Shown piece after piece: positions 27,241 to 38,179 of a stretch of 64,000 bases of DNA. The notes below the pieces were generated by a model. It searched no databases. It had not been told where the DNA came from and saw only the letters and a list, made by a program, of their open reading frames with translations. The first letter of the stretch is position 1, and every line of letters starts with the position of its first letter. This DNA comes from an archaeon (GTDB taxonomy: Archaea; Iainarchaeota; Iainarchaeia; Iainarchaeales; JAAZKV01), in the NCBI GenBank assembly GCA_041661245.1, contig JBAZUY010000001.1, forward strand, positions 156,355-220,354. The letters run 5' to 3'. The position numbers and the translations under genes were made by a program.

Positions 27241-29208
27241 TTAAGGACTCTTTTTTTGCATAAGCTCTTTTTGCATTGAAGATATTTGGTCTCTTAATGC
27301 AATTGCCAGTTCAAAATCAAGTCTTTCTGCAGCAGCACGCATTTCAACTTCTAGTTGAGTAACAAGTCTTTCTTTTTCTTTATTAGGAATATGCTTTGTA
27401 TCCTTAATTATAATGCTCTGCTCTTCAATTGCTTTAATTATTGTTTTAGGAGTAATGTGATTCTTCTTATTATATGCTAATTGAATTGTTCTTCTTCTAT
27501 TTGTCTCAGCAATAGCTTTTTGCATTGAATCCGTATTTTTATCAGCGTATAAAATTACTTTAGAAGTAGAATTTCTCGCAGCCCTCCCAATAATTTGAAT
27601 CAAACTCTTCTGGTCTCTTAAGAATCCTTCTTTATCAGCATCAAAAATAGCAACAAGCCCAAGCTCAGGAATATCAATTCCTTCTCTTAGTAAATTAATT
27701 CCAACTAAAACATCAAACTTTCCTACTCTAAATTGCCTAATAATTTCACTTCTATCAAGGGTTTTAATTTCAGAATGCAAGTATCTTGCCTTAATTCCCT
27801 TTGAAGCAAAAAAATCCGCTAACTCTTCAGCAAGTTTTTTTGTTAAAGCAGTTACTAAAACTCTATTTCCTTTCTTTATTACTTCATCAATTTCTTTTAG
27901 CATATCTTCCATTTGCCCTTTTGTTCCCCGCACTGTAACTTCAGGATCTACAAGTCCAGTCGGCCTAATGATTTGTTCAACAAAATTCTTTGAAACCAAG
28001 CGTTCGTATTTATCAGGAGTTGCACTAACAAAAACAACATTTTGTTTGTTCAAATACTCCTTTTCAAATTCACTAAACTTAAGCGGCCTATTATCAAGTG
28101 CACTTGGAAGTCTGAATCCATAGTCTACAAGAGTTTGTTTTCTTTGTCTATCTCCATTATACATTCCATTAAGTTGTGGAATTGATTGGTGAGATTCATC
28201 AATTACAATCAAAAAATCTTCTCCAAAATAATCCATTAAAGTATAAGGTTTTTCCCCTTCCGCTCTTTTATCAAAATGTCTTGAATAATTTTCAATCCCT
28301 TTACAAAACCCAAGGGTTTTCATTAACTCAAGATCATAATTTGTTCTTTGTTTTAATCTATGCGCTTCAATTAAACCCAGTTCTGGAAGTCTCTTGTCAA
28401 GTTCTTTTTTTATTGAATCCATCGCACTAATTGTTTCGCTTTCAGGAACAACAAAGTGACGGGCAGGAAATAAATGATAATGCGTCAAGCGTTGTAGAAG
28501 TGCATTAGTTTGTTTATCAAGAATATGAATTCTATCTATTTTATCCCCATCAAGTTCTACCCTTAGAATATTTCGCTCATACCCTGGGATAATGTCAATA
28601 ATACTTCCTTTTACTCTAAATCGTCCACTCATTAATTCTAAATCATTTCTCTCATACTGTGCATCAAGCAACTTTGACATTAATTCGACCCGAGGAAAAT
28701 TCATTCCCTCTTCAAGTTCAAACCCCATCCCCAAATAGTTCTTTGGATTACCCAACCCATAAATGCAAGAAACACTTGCAATAACAATAACATCATTTCT
28801 TGATAACAGAGAAGTTGTTGCAGAGAGACGCATTCTTTCAATATATTCATTAATTTGAGAATCCTTCTCAATGTATTGATCAGTTGAAGGAATATAGGAT
28901 TCAGGTTGGTAATAATCATAAAAAGAAACAAAATATTCCACTCGATTATTTGGAAAAAAAGCTTTGAACTCATTGTATAATTGAGCTGCAAGAGTTTTGT
29001 TGTGCGCAAGAACTAAAGTTTTCTTTTGCACATTTTGAATTACATTTGCTATTGTAAAAGTTTTTCCTGAACCCGTAACTCCTAAAAGAGTTTGGGGAGA
29101 TTTTCCTGTTTTGATTCCTTTAGTGAGTGAATCAATTGCCTCTGGCTGAGAACCCGCAGGCTTAAAACTCGAAACAAGTTTGAACTTGTGCTCTTCAACT
29201 TTTTGCAT
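27241..29208 (-). CDS. uvrB: Excinuclease ABC subunit B (UvrB)
   Basis: 655 aa. N-terminal F-K-L-V-S-x-F-x-P-x-G-x-Q-P..A, helicase motifs GSGKTF, DESH, QIIGRAAR, C-terminal UVR coiled coil. Confidence 0.9.
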   Translation of the reverse strand: MQKVEEHKFKLVSSFKPAGSQPEAIDSLTKGIKTGKSPQTLLGVTGSGKTFTIANVIQNVQKKTLVLAHNKTLAAQLYNEFKAFFPNNRVEYFVSFYDYYQPESYIPSTDQYIEKDSQINEYIERMRLSATTSLLSRNDVIVIASVSCIYGLGNPKNYLGMGFELEEGMNFPRVELMSKLLDAQYERNDLELMSGRFRVKGSIIDIIPGYERNILRVELDGDKIDRIHILDKQTNALLQRLTHYHLFPARHFVVPESETISAMDSIKKELDKRLPELGLIEAHRLKQRTNYDLELMKTLGFCKGIENYSRHFDKRAEGEKPYTLMDYFGEDFLIVIDESHQSIPQLNGMYNGDRQRKQTLVDYGFRLPSALDNRPLKFSEFEKEYLNKQNVVFVSATPDKYERLVSKNFVEQIIRPTGLVDPEVTVRGTKGQMEDMLKEIDEVIKKGNRVLVTALTKKLAEELADFFASKGIKARYLHSEIKTLDRSEIIRQFRVGKFDVLVGINLLREGIDIPELGLVAIFDADKEGFLRDQKSLIQIIGRAARNSTSKVILYADKNTDSMQKAIAETNRRRTIQLAYNKKNHITPKTIIKAIEEQSIIIKDTKHIPNKEKERLVTQLEVEMRAAAERLDFELAIALRDQISSMQKELMQKKSP

Positions 29209-29267
29209 AAGTAGTACTTCCTATAAGAGATTTAAAGAACTTTCTAGAGCAATTTGCCGGGCGATTT

Positions 29268-30809
29268 TTATTTTCCAAAAACTTCTTTTCTCTTTAGAAC
29301 TTTTCTATACGCATTGGCAAACCTGTGCGCTTCATCCCTAATAGCTTGAAGCATTTGTAAGCCTTTATGTTTCTTATCAAGTTTAATTGGAAATTTTCTA
29401 TCAGGGCGATAAATTTCTTCAAATTGCTTTGCAAGCGAGATAATAGGAATATTAAGTTTGAGTTGTTGCAACACTTCACTTGCAACCCCTAATTGAGTTG
29501 GCCCCCCATCAATTACAATAAGATCCGGATTTCGCATTGTTTTTGATAATGATCCCGAATATCTTCTTTCCACAGCTTCCCGCATAGCCATTAAATCATC
29601 ATTATTAGTTTCTGCCCTAATTTTGAATTTTCTATACTCCGATTTATTTGGAAAACCATCTTTAAATGAAACCATTGAAGCAACAGTATTTGTTCCACTC
29701 AAGTGAGAGATATCAAAACACTCAATAACGTGAGGAACTTTTTCTAAGCCTAACGCTTTTTGAAGCTCTGTAATTCTCTCACTTCCTGCAAAAAAAGTTG
29801 CAGTAATGTTTTTTGAAACAAATTCAAGAAGTTCTTTCTTTTCTCCACTCTTTGGAACGATTACTTGCACTTTCCTTTTTTCTTTTTCACTTACTTTTTT
29901 TGTCAAGTATTCTTGGATAGTTGGATTCACTTCCACTGGAAGAATAATTTCTTGAGGAATGTTTGACTCGTCATAAAATTGCACCAAAAACTCTTCCAAA
30001 AAATCCTCTTTTTCAGGAAAAACAAATTCTTGTTTATCTTCGACAACCCCTTTTCTAACATTAAACAGCAAGAGATGAACTTCTCCGGCAGAGATGGTGT
30101 AATTAATTACGTGCGCATCAATGGTTTTTGTAAACTCCACTCTCTGACGTTCCTTTAATGTTTTAAGCGCAGCGATTTGGTTTCTTAGAGTAATAGCATA
30201 TTCAAAATTATTCTTTTCTGAATTTTCTTTCATATTTTTTTCGAGTTCTTCTATTAATTCATCCACATTCCCTTTGAGAATCTTTTTTACTTGATTCACT
30301 CGTTTATTGTACTCCTCTTTATTCATTAATTTTCTTAATTGGGGAGAAGGTTTTTGAGTGAGAACTTTAAAGTTTCGGCTCACAGTATCCATTATTACTT
30401 TTCTAATACTCCCACTCACAAACGGGCCAAAGTATTCTCCCTTTTCATTCCTAATTCTTGCAACTTCAAGCCAAGGCAATTCATCCCCGCTTACTCGAAT
30501 ATAAGCATATCTGCGCGAATCCTTCAAATCAAGATTAAAATGAGGATAATATTTTTTTATTAAATTATTTTCAAGCAATAATGCTTCAACTTCAGTTGAA
30601 ACTAAAACAAAATCAATCTTTTTTATTTTTGTTACTAATAGTTCTGTTTTTGGATCATGTTCTTTTTTTTGAAAATAGTTAGAGACTCTTTTCTTCAGGT
30701 CCTTGGCTTTTCCAACATAAAGCACAACATCATTCTCATCTTTGAAGAGGTAACACCCAGGAGAATTGGGCAAGAAACTAATTTCATTTGGAGAAATCAT
30801 ACAATTCAC
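29268..30809 (-). CDS. uvrC: Excinuclease ABC subunit C (UvrC)
   Basis: GIY-YIG N-terminus (GCYLFKDENDVVLYVGKAKDLKKR), UvrC central region, RNase H-like/HhH C-terminus. Confidence 0.85.
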   Translation of the reverse strand: MNCMISPNEISFLPNSPGCYLFKDENDVVLYVGKAKDLKKRVSNYFQKKEHDPKTELLVTKIKKIDFVLVSTEVEALLLENNLIKKYYPHFNLDLKDSRRYAYIRVSGDELPWLEVARIRNEKGEYFGPFVSGSIRKVIMDTVSRNFKVLTQKPSPQLRKLMNKEEYNKRVNQVKKILKGNVDELIEELEKNMKENSEKNNFEYAITLRNQIAALKTLKERQRVEFTKTIDAHVINYTISAGEVHLLLFNVRKGVVEDKQEFVFPEKEDFLEEFLVQFYDESNIPQEIILPVEVNPTIQEYLTKKVSEKEKRKVQVIVPKSGEKKELLEFVSKNITATFFAGSERITELQKALGLEKVPHVIECFDISHLSGTNTVASMVSFKDGFPNKSEYRKFKIRAETNNDDLMAMREAVERRYSGSLSKTMRNPDLIVIDGGPTQLGVASEVLQQLKLNIPIISLAKQFEEIYRPDRKFPIKLDKKHKGLQMLQAIRDEAHRFANAYRKVLKRKEVFGK

Positions 30810-30835
30810 TTATCCTTAAATCAAAAATTATGCCC

Positions 30836-31528
30836 TTATTCCTTACCTAAATCAGTAGTCCCCAAATAATCCCTTAATAAAACTGGAAGTAATTTACTTT
30901 CAGCTTTTCGCAAATGCTCCTGGTAAGCTCTTCTTTTCATTCTATTTTTTTTTGCAAGTGCATCCAGTGTTGCCCCTCTTGGCCAAGAATAATATTTTTC
31001 ATTAACTGCAAATCGTAATGCATCAGTTTGTTTTTCTGTCAAAAAATCTTTTTCCATTTCTGGGGCCACATCCCCAATTCTTGTTACTTTCAAGTCCCCT
31101 ATTTCATGAAGTTCTTTAAGGACACCTTTTAGACTTTTGAAATCAGTTGTAATAATTGAATGAACATCAACCCCCCCTTTCATTTCAGGAGGCTTAAATA
31201 ATAATGCGCCACTTGCAATTATTTCATCATAACTTGAAGTAGGAACTTTAACTTTAATCATTGCAAGAGTAGTATTTGCCTGACTCTTAAGCAACTCAAC
31301 ATCAACTACTGCGGAATGTTTCTTTAATTCTGAGAAAAAAGCACTCACTTGTTTTTTACTTTCCCCAGTAACATTAATCAACGCCAAATATCCATTTTTG
31401 CCAATACTCTTTCTTATGAATTTCATGGAAACAAGTTTCATTACAAGCCCAGGATAATTTTCTGTAACCTGACTAAAACAGTCATGGTGAAAAATACTCA
31501 AATCAAGAACCTTAACATCTGAATTCAT
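30836..31528 (-). CDS. HTH_10 (bacterio-opsin activator/Bat-type) family regulator
   Basis: C-terminal LTEKQTDALRFAVNEKYYSWPRGATLDALAKKNRMKRRAYQEHLRKAESKLL is the HTH_10 pattern. Sits immediately upstream of uvrC-uvrB. Confidence 0.6.
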   Translation of the reverse strand: MNSDVKVLDLSIFHHDCFSQVTENYPGLVMKLVSMKFIRKSIGKNGYLALINVTGESKKQVSAFFSELKKHSAVVDVELLKSQANTTLAMIKVKVPTSSYDEIIASGALLFKPPEMKGGVDVHSIITTDFKSLKGVLKELHEIGDLKVTRIGDVAPEMEKDFLTEKQTDALRFAVNEKYYSWPRGATLDALAKKNRMKRRAYQEHLRKAESKLLPVLLRDYLGTTDLGKE

Positions 31529-31563
31529 ACTAAACTTGATTTTTGTAATTGTTTATAAAATAG

Positions 31564-31577
31564 TGACATACGTCACC
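31564..31577 (+). promoter_or_regulatory. Palindrome GTGACatacGTCAC in the divergent HTH_10 / LivJ-like SBP intergenic region
   Basis: Perfect 5-bp inverted repeat about 50 bp upstream of both start codons. Confidence 0.35.
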
Positions 31578-31623
31578 CACGGGGTAATATCCCTCCGACA
31601 GGGAAGGTTACTTGTGGTGATTT

Positions 31624-32769
31624 ATGAATAAAAAAATAGTAATCGGAGTAATAATAATTTTAGCAATAGTATTAGTAGAAGGGGCAGTAGCAATTAATTT
31701 CTCTTCAAGTACTGGACTTTTTGCCTTGCCCGCAGAAAAAGAAATCTTAATTGGAGTAATACAGCCATTAACAGGAAATGCAGCAAACTTTGGACAAAGC
31801 GGGAAAGCTGCGCTTCTTCTTGCACAAGAGGAAATTAATTCTAATGGAGGAATCAATGGAAATAAAATAAAATTAATTTTTGAAGACTCGCACTGTAGTT
31901 CTGAAGCAGCTACTACTGCTGCACAAAAATTAATTGAAGTAGACAGGGTAAGCGCAATTATTGGGGGAAATTGTTCCTCAGAAACTCTTGCAATTGCGCC
32001 TATTGCGGAGAAAGCAAAAGTGCTTGTTTTGTCAAACGGTTCTTCAAGCCCTGCAATAAGTGATTCAGGAGATTATATTTTCCGAGACTATCCATCAGAC
32101 AGTGTTTCTGGAAAAATAGCTGCAGAATATGCATACAATGTTCTTGGAGCTAGAAGCGCAGCAATTCTTTACTGGCAATCAAATTGGCCAATGGGAATAA
32201 AAAAAGTGTTTAAGGAAACATTTGAAAACCTTGGAGGAAAAGTTATTTTGGAAGATTCATTTTCTACCGGAAGCATAGATATGAAAACCCAATTAACAAA
32301 AATTAAGAATTCAAAAGTAGACGTGGTTTACTTTCTCGCAATGACTACTGAATCATTAACCGGAGTACAACAAGCCAAACAAATTGGTTTAGAAACACAA
32401 ATGATTGGGGGAGAACCTTGGGATGACCAAGCATTGTGGGACTCTGCAAAAGATGCCGGAGAGGGAAAAATATTTGTTGCTCCAAAAGCAAGTGAAAATG
32501 AATGGTTCATTAACGAACTAACCAAACAAAACACTCAAAACATTCCTGGTGCGGCACAAGCATATGATGCACTAAAAATAATTGCTAACGCAATTACAAA
32601 GTGCGGAACTAACGGAACATGTGAAAAGGACTACCTTTACGCAATGCCAGAATACAATGGAATAAGTGGGAAAATACAATTCGATTCAAAAGGAGATTTG
32701 AAAAATCCTCTATTCACAATAAAGAAAATAGAAAATGGAAAAATAATAGAAGTGGCTGACGCAAGTTAG
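31624..32769 (+). CDS. LivJ/LivK-type (type I periplasmic) substrate-binding protein, orphan
   Basis: IGVIQPLTGNAANFGQSGKAALLLAQEEINSNGGINGNKIKLIFEDSHC and later blocks match the branched-chain-amino-acid-binding family. No permease or ATPase nearby. Confidence 0.7.
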   Translation: MNKKIVIGVIIILAIVLVEGAVAINFSSSTGLFALPAEKEILIGVIQPLTGNAANFGQSGKAALLLAQEEINSNGGINGNKIKLIFEDSHCSSEAATTAAQKLIEVDRVSAIIGGNCSSETLAIAPIAEKAKVLVLSNGSSSPAISDSGDYIFRDYPSDSVSGKIAAEYAYNVLGARSAAILYWQSNWPMGIKKVFKETFENLGGKVILEDSFSTGSIDMKTQLTKIKNSKVDVVYFLAMTTESLTGVQQAKQIGLETQMIGGEPWDDQALWDSAKDAGEGKIFVAPKASENEWFINELTKQNTQNIPGAAQAYDALKIIANAITKCGTNGTCEKDYLYAMPEYNGISGKIQFDSKGDLKNPLFTIKKIENGKIIEVADAS

Positions 32770-32795
32770 CCATTTTTATTTATTTGAATTCAAAA

Positions 32796-33650
32796 CTATT
32801 TTTTGTTTTCTAATTTTTTCTTTTCTGTTAGGTGCAAATAGTTTTGATTAGTTATTGTACTTTTTCCTGTTTCGGTTTCAATTTCTTTTCTTGTATTGTG
32901 AGCGATTTCTCCCCCTCTTTTCGCTGAACTTTTTAATTCAGGCAATTCTTTTGCATCTCTTGCTTTCGTAATATCGGTTGTTGCTTTTTCTCCAACCATT
33001 GTGAAAATCAATTCCCAATCATTCATGTGATCTCGCAAGTTCTGGTTTTTCTTGGGCACGCTTTTGAATTCTTTGTATTCTTGCACTGTTTTTCCGAATG
33101 TTGCTTTAGTTATTTCGTTTGTTAAAATAGCAAAATCTGTTTCTTGTTTTACTCCTCTTTCTTTCCATTCATCAGTTAACTCTTGCCTTATCGCCATTCC
33201 CCTTAGTCGTTTATCTATCCACTCTTTTGGATAACCTTTGAGTTCATAGTATCCTTTTGCCCTGTTTTGGGCTAGTTCGGGGTTTTCTATTTCTTGTATT
33301 CTTTCATACCCTGTTTTTGCTAGCCATAATTTGAAAGGTTCAGCTTTTGGCGAAGGAATTGATTGGATTATTCTAAATGCACCTTCAGTATTAGCGCAAT
33401 TCATTTGTTGTTTGCCCCCAGCAGTATCAATCGGAAGGGTATGTACAAGTTGTACCCACCCTTTGCTAAGCTCTTCATCTCTTTCACGCATTCTGTTAAT
33501 ATACTGTTTGACATCAGTAGAATCAGTTAATGCAAAGACAATGTCTTCAAGCACAAACCACCATTCTTCCTTGTGCCAAGTTTTTCGTATTTTTTTTCCT
33601 TCAAAAACCGCTAAAGCATTTTCTTGATTCATTAAGTTCACTAATAACAA
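32796..33650 (-). CDS. Bro-N domain protein (phage antirepressor/DinD-like)
   Basis: N-terminal EWWFVLEDIVFALTDSTDVKQYINRM matches the Bro-N/AntA core (WF-V-DV--AL). Confidence 0.55.
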   Translation of the reverse strand: MLLVNLMNQENALAVFEGKKIRKTWHKEEWWFVLEDIVFALTDSTDVKQYINRMRERDEELSKGWVQLVHTLPIDTAGGKQQMNCANTEGAFRIIQSIPSPKAEPFKLWLAKTGYERIQEIENPELAQNRAKGYYELKGYPKEWIDKRLRGMAIRQELTDEWKERGVKQETDFAILTNEITKATFGKTVQEYKEFKSVPKKNQNLRDHMNDWELIFTMVGEKATTDITKARDAKELPELKSSAKRGGEIAHNTRKEIETETGKSTITNQNYLHLTEKKKLENKK

Positions 33651-33716
33651 CGCTAGTTAAAGAGTATAAAAACATTTGTGGAGTGCTTTGCCGGTGGTCG
33701 TAACCAATTTTTTATT

Positions 33717-34421
33717 TTAAGGTTTGGCAATCTTCCAAAGTAACCCAAAGTGTTTTCTAAACATGGAAGCAACTAGTTCTGAGCGGATTACTATCGCAAC
33801 CAGATTTGGTTCCCAAATATTGATGTTCACAGTATTCCCGTAAATGAATGTAGCAACTGGACCAGAAAATTCCTCCGAAACATACCGCAGTTCAGTAAAG
33901 TAGACAGGATTATTTCCTTTTTTAGTATAAATCCCATAATATGGAATTTTTTTGCTTTTCATTTCTCTTATCCATTTCTCTCCAAAAAGAGGCAATTTTT
34001 CTCTTAACTGCCCTTTAACCCCATATGCATAAATTGGTCTCCCAACTTGAATCATTTCTCTCCAGGCTGATTTCATTCCCTCAGGGCCTTTGTAAACTTC
34101 AACCAGTATTTCGCTCTTTTGAGATTTGAACAGATCCTGAAGTTCCGGCAAAAAAGTTCCCAATAACTCTTCTTTCTCTTTAATGAATGCATACAAATTA
34201 TTCGGATCAGATGCATGATACCGCGTAGTTTTTCCTTCCTTAAATATTGTCACAAGACCTTTTTCTCTCAACTGCTCAAGCACATCGTATATATTTGTTC
34301 TGTGAAATCCACATTCTTTTGAGATTTCCCTAGCAGTGCAATCATTTAGTTTCAGCACAGCATAGTACACCAAAGCCTCGGCTTTAGTTAATCCTAACTC
34401 CACTAATTTTTCTACACCCAT
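33717..34421 (-). CDS. TrmB-family HTH transcriptional regulator
   Basis: LTKAEALVYYAVLKLNDCTAREISKECGFHRTNIYDVLEQLREKGLV. Confidence 0.7.
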   Translation of the reverse strand: MGVEKLVELGLTKAEALVYYAVLKLNDCTAREISKECGFHRTNIYDVLEQLREKGLVTIFKEGKTTRYHASDPNNLYAFIKEKEELLGTFLPELQDLFKSQKSEILVEVYKGPEGMKSAWREMIQVGRPIYAYGVKGQLREKLPLFGEKWIREMKSKKIPYYGIYTKKGNNPVYFTELRYVSEEFSGPVATFIYGNTVNINIWEPNLVAIVIRSELVASMFRKHFGLLWKIAKP

Positions 34422-34498
34422 GACAAATTAATGCTGGCCCCTATTTTTAAAGTTGTCTATTATTAGACACACCTTGGATATATACCTCCTCTGCAGGA

Positions 34499-35359
34499 GT
34501 GTATATGGTGATGCCTCAAATGAACGCTAAATCAAAAACAATTCAGGACGGATACAAGATACGAAATGTTAGATATGAAGAAATCCATAATGTTCCCCAG
34601 GATTTTTTTGATACAATTGTAAAAGGGTTGAGTATAAAAAATGGGGACAATATAGGCGACCTTATGTCAGGGTATGGAGCAATTAGTAGAGAAGTATTAA
34701 AGTACGCTGAAAAAAACAAAAAGCGCATTGAACTATGGTTGCTAGATAACCATCTTGAACAACTCGACAGATCCCATGAGGAACTAGCGCATTGGGAACA
34801 CCCATCAAATTTACAACAATTGAAAATCCATCGAATCCATTCAGATGCGCGGTTTTCAAATGTACTCAAGGAAAATTCACTTGACCATGCAGTAATGAAA
34901 ATGGGGCTACACGAAATACCTCAATGCGATCAACAAGGCGCAGTGGATAATGCGTATAACTGGCTAAAAAATGGCGGAACATTAATGATTTGGGATCGAA
35001 TGGCAAGAAAGAAAGAAGACCAAGAATTATTTTCCAAAATAATTTCTGAAAAAGACCGCTTGGCAGGATTTGATAGTTTTGTAAAAAACAGGTATTTCTT
35101 TAGACTCGACGAAGGAATAGAATATATGAAAAAATCCGGATTTAAAGAAGTCAAGGTGTTCAAGGAGATATACTTGAACTTCACAAGCAAAGTTAGATTA
35201 CATACAGAATTTGGAGGAAACGAGAACACTCTCAAAAGCTGGAACGAATTTATTCGAGCAAGTGTTCCAGAAGCTATGAAAAAAAGATTAAAGTATCAGG
35301 ATAACGGAGATGACATAAAAATGGTTTTTGCAAAAGCAATAATTTGCGGAAAAAAATAG
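34499..35359 (+). CDS. Class I SAM-dependent methyltransferase-like protein
   Basis: Motif I-like IGDLMSGYGAIS; 286 aa. Confidence 0.45.
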   Translation: MYMVMPQMNAKSKTIQDGYKIRNVRYEEIHNVPQDFFDTIVKGLSIKNGDNIGDLMSGYGAISREVLKYAEKNKKRIELWLLDNHLEQLDRSHEELAHWEHPSNLQQLKIHRIHSDARFSNVLKENSLDHAVMKMGLHEIPQCDQQGAVDNAYNWLKNGGTLMIWDRMARKKEDQELFSKIISEKDRLAGFDSFVKNRYFFRLDEGIEYMKKSGFKEVKVFKEIYLNFTSKVRLHTEFGGNENTLKSWNEFIRASVPEAMKKRLKYQDNGDDIKMVFAKAIICGKK

Positions 35360-35371
35360 ACCAAGAATCGC

Positions 35372-38179
35372 CTAGTGCCCTTTCTTCAAAACAGGCGCAA
35401 GGAATTTTCCAGTATAACTTTCTTTTACTTTTGCAATACTTTCAGGAGTTCCTGTTGCAATTATTTTTCCTCCGCCCTCTCCCCCTTCAGGGCCAAGATC
35501 AATTAAGTAATCTGCGCATTTAATTACTTCCAAGTTGTGTTCAATAACAACAACTGTATTTCCTTTGTCTACTAAAACTTGTAAAACATCAAGGAGTTTT
35601 TTAATATCGTGGAAGTGAAGTCCTGTTGTAGGTTCGTCCAACAAATAGAGGGTTGAACCTGTTCCTCTTTTTGCAAGTTCTTTTGTAAGTTTAATTCTTT
35701 GTGCTTCTCCCCCAGAAAGAGTAGTTGCGCTTTGACCAAGTTTTATGTATCCTAGTCCAACTGAATTTAGTACCCCAAGTTTTGTTCTAATATGCGGAAT
35801 TGCTTCAAATAATTTAGTTGCTTCTTCAACACTCATGTTTAATACATCAGAAATATTTTTTCCATTAAACGTAACAGTAAGTGTTTCATCATTGTATCTT
35901 TTTCCTTTACACTCTTCACACTCTACGTAAACATCAGGCAAAAAGTTCATTTCAATTTTTATTGTTCCATCACCCTGACACTTTTCACATCTTCCGCCAG
36001 GCAAATTAAAAGAAAATCTTCCCTGATCATATCCTCTCATTTTTGCTTCCTTTGTTTGTGCAAATAGCGCACGTATTTCATCAAATACTTTAATGTAAGT
36101 GGCTGGATTTGATCTTGGAGTTCTGCCAATTGGAGACTGATCAATTACAACAACTTTGTCAATCTTTCCATCAACTTGAATACTCTCGTGCTTTCCTGGA
36201 TTAATATTTGCAGTTGAGAGGCCTAGTTTTTTTATTAATCCTTTTTGAATAATTTCTTCTAACAAAGTAGATTTTCCTGAACCACTAACCCCAGTTAAAC
36301 AAGCAAATATTCCCAGCGGGAGTTCTACATCAATATTTTTGAGATTGTGTTCACTACAACCCTTGAAAGTAATACTTCCTTCTCCTTTCCTTCTCACTAG
36401 CGGGATTGGAATACTCATTTTTCCTGATAAGTATTGCCCTGTAATTGATTTTGGATTCTTTTCGATTTCAGTAGGAGTCCCTTCGGCAATTACTTCCCCA
36501 CCATGAATTCCAGCACCAGGCCCCATATCAACAACATAATCTGCTTTTCTAATTGTATCCTCGTCATGCTCAACAACAATCAAAGTATTTCCAATATCTC
36601 GAAGTCTGTGTAACGTTTCAATTAATTTATTATTATCTCTTTGGTGAAGTCCAATTGAAGGTTCATCAAGAATGTAAAGTACTCCCATTAAGTTAGAACC
36701 AATTTGTGTTGCAAGTCTAATTCTTTGAGCTTCTCCTCCAGAAAGAGTGCCCGCTTGTCTTGAAACAGTTAAGTAACCCAACCCCACATCATTAAGGAAT
36801 TTTAATCTTGAAATTATTTCTTTTAAAATTAATTTTGCAATTTCTCTTTCTTTGTCCGTGAGAGAAATATTTTCAAAGAACTCAAGTGCTTTTGTAACTG
36901 AAAGATCAGTAAGATCCACAATAGATTTATTGGTTATTGTTACAGCCAAAACTTTATCCTTTAGTCTTTTTCCATGGCAAGTTGGGCACTCTCTTGATTT
37001 CATGTACTTTTGCAATTCTTCTCTTCGATACTCAGATTCGGTTTGTTTGTAAAGTCTATCCGATTGAGGGATTAATCCTTCCCAACCATCAGCAAAATTC
37101 ATGTTAGCTCCCGTATCCCAATGCCCCTTAATCGGAGTAGAATCTCCATTCATTAACACATCAAATTGTTTTTTTGTAAATTTTTCAATCGGAGTAAATA
37201 AATCAAAGCCATGAACTTTTCCAACTGCCTGAAGTTGTTGTGACCTCCAAGAGAGATCCATTTTTCCGTAGATATCAATAGCCCCATCGATAATACTTAG
37301 TGATTTATCAGGAACAATTAAGTCACTATCAAATTCTATTTTTACGCCCAATCCTTTACATTCCTCACAAGCACCAAAGGGAGAATTAAATGAAAACATT
37401 CTAGGTTGAAGCTCTTCAAAACTCATTCCACAAACAGGACACATTAATGCACTCGAATACAGGTGTTCTTTTTCTTTTGAATCAAGAACAATAACAATTC
37501 CGCTTCCACGCTTAAGAGCACTTTCCACTGATTCAACTAATCTTGTTTTTTCTTTTGCATTAATTCTATCAACCACTGCTTCAATATCGTGCATTTGATA
37601 TTTTGAAAGAGTAACTTTTTCATCACTTCGCATTATTGCCTTATCCACTCTAACTTTTGCATAACCTTCTTTTCCCAAATCCAAAACTAATTGTTCATAC
37701 GTTCCTTTTTTTTGTCTAATAATTGGAGCAAGAATTGTCAAGTCCCCGTGGAGTTGCTCGCGAATTCTTTTTGCAATTTGCTGTGGAGTTTGTGATTCAA
37801 TTTTTACGTGATGAATTGGACAATGCGGAATCCCAACCCTTGCATAAAGCAGTCTCAAATAATCATAAATCTCAGTAACCGTCCCAACAGTGGACCGCGG
37901 ATTATTTGAAGTAGATTTTTGTTCAATTGAAATTGCAGGAGATAAACCCTCAATTGAATCAACATCAGGTTTGTTCATTAAACCAATAAATTGCCTAGCA
38001 TAAGCACTCAAAGATTCCACATATCTTCTTTGCCCTTCAGCATAAATAGTATCAAAAGCCAAAGTTGATTTTCCCGAACCTGAGAGCCCAGTTATCACTA
38101 TGAATTTATCTCTCGGCAGTGAGATTGTAACATTCTTCAAATTGTGTTCCCTTGCTCCGCGAACAATAATATCCTTCAT
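35372..38179 (-). CDS. uvrA: Excinuclease ABC subunit A (UvrA)
   Basis: 935 aa. Two ABC modules (GLSGSGKST / GVSGSGKST; LSGGEAQR x2) and Zn-finger Cys clusters. Confidence 0.9.
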   Translation of the reverse strand: MKDIIVRGAREHNLKNVTISLPRDKFIVITGLSGSGKSTLAFDTIYAEGQRRYVESLSAYARQFIGLMNKPDVDSIEGLSPAISIEQKSTSNNPRSTVGTVTEIYDYLRLLYARVGIPHCPIHHVKIESQTPQQIAKRIREQLHGDLTILAPIIRQKKGTYEQLVLDLGKEGYAKVRVDKAIMRSDEKVTLSKYQMHDIEAVVDRINAKEKTRLVESVESALKRGSGIVIVLDSKEKEHLYSSALMCPVCGMSFEELQPRMFSFNSPFGACEECKGLGVKIEFDSDLIVPDKSLSIIDGAIDIYGKMDLSWRSQQLQAVGKVHGFDLFTPIEKFTKKQFDVLMNGDSTPIKGHWDTGANMNFADGWEGLIPQSDRLYKQTESEYRREELQKYMKSRECPTCHGKRLKDKVLAVTITNKSIVDLTDLSVTKALEFFENISLTDKEREIAKLILKEIISRLKFLNDVGLGYLTVSRQAGTLSGGEAQRIRLATQIGSNLMGVLYILDEPSIGLHQRDNNKLIETLHRLRDIGNTLIVVEHDEDTIRKADYVVDMGPGAGIHGGEVIAEGTPTEIEKNPKSITGQYLSGKMSIPIPLVRRKGEGSITFKGCSEHNLKNIDVELPLGIFACLTGVSGSGKSTLLEEIIQKGLIKKLGLSTANINPGKHESIQVDGKIDKVVVIDQSPIGRTPRSNPATYIKVFDEIRALFAQTKEAKMRGYDQGRFSFNLPGGRCEKCQGDGTIKIEMNFLPDVYVECEECKGKRYNDETLTVTFNGKNISDVLNMSVEEATKLFEAIPHIRTKLGVLNSVGLGYIKLGQSATTLSGGEAQRIKLTKELAKRGTGSTLYLLDEPTTGLHFHDIKKLLDVLQVLVDKGNTVVVIEHNLEVIKCADYLIDLGPEGGEGGGKIIATGTPESIAKVKESYTGKFLAPVLKKGH

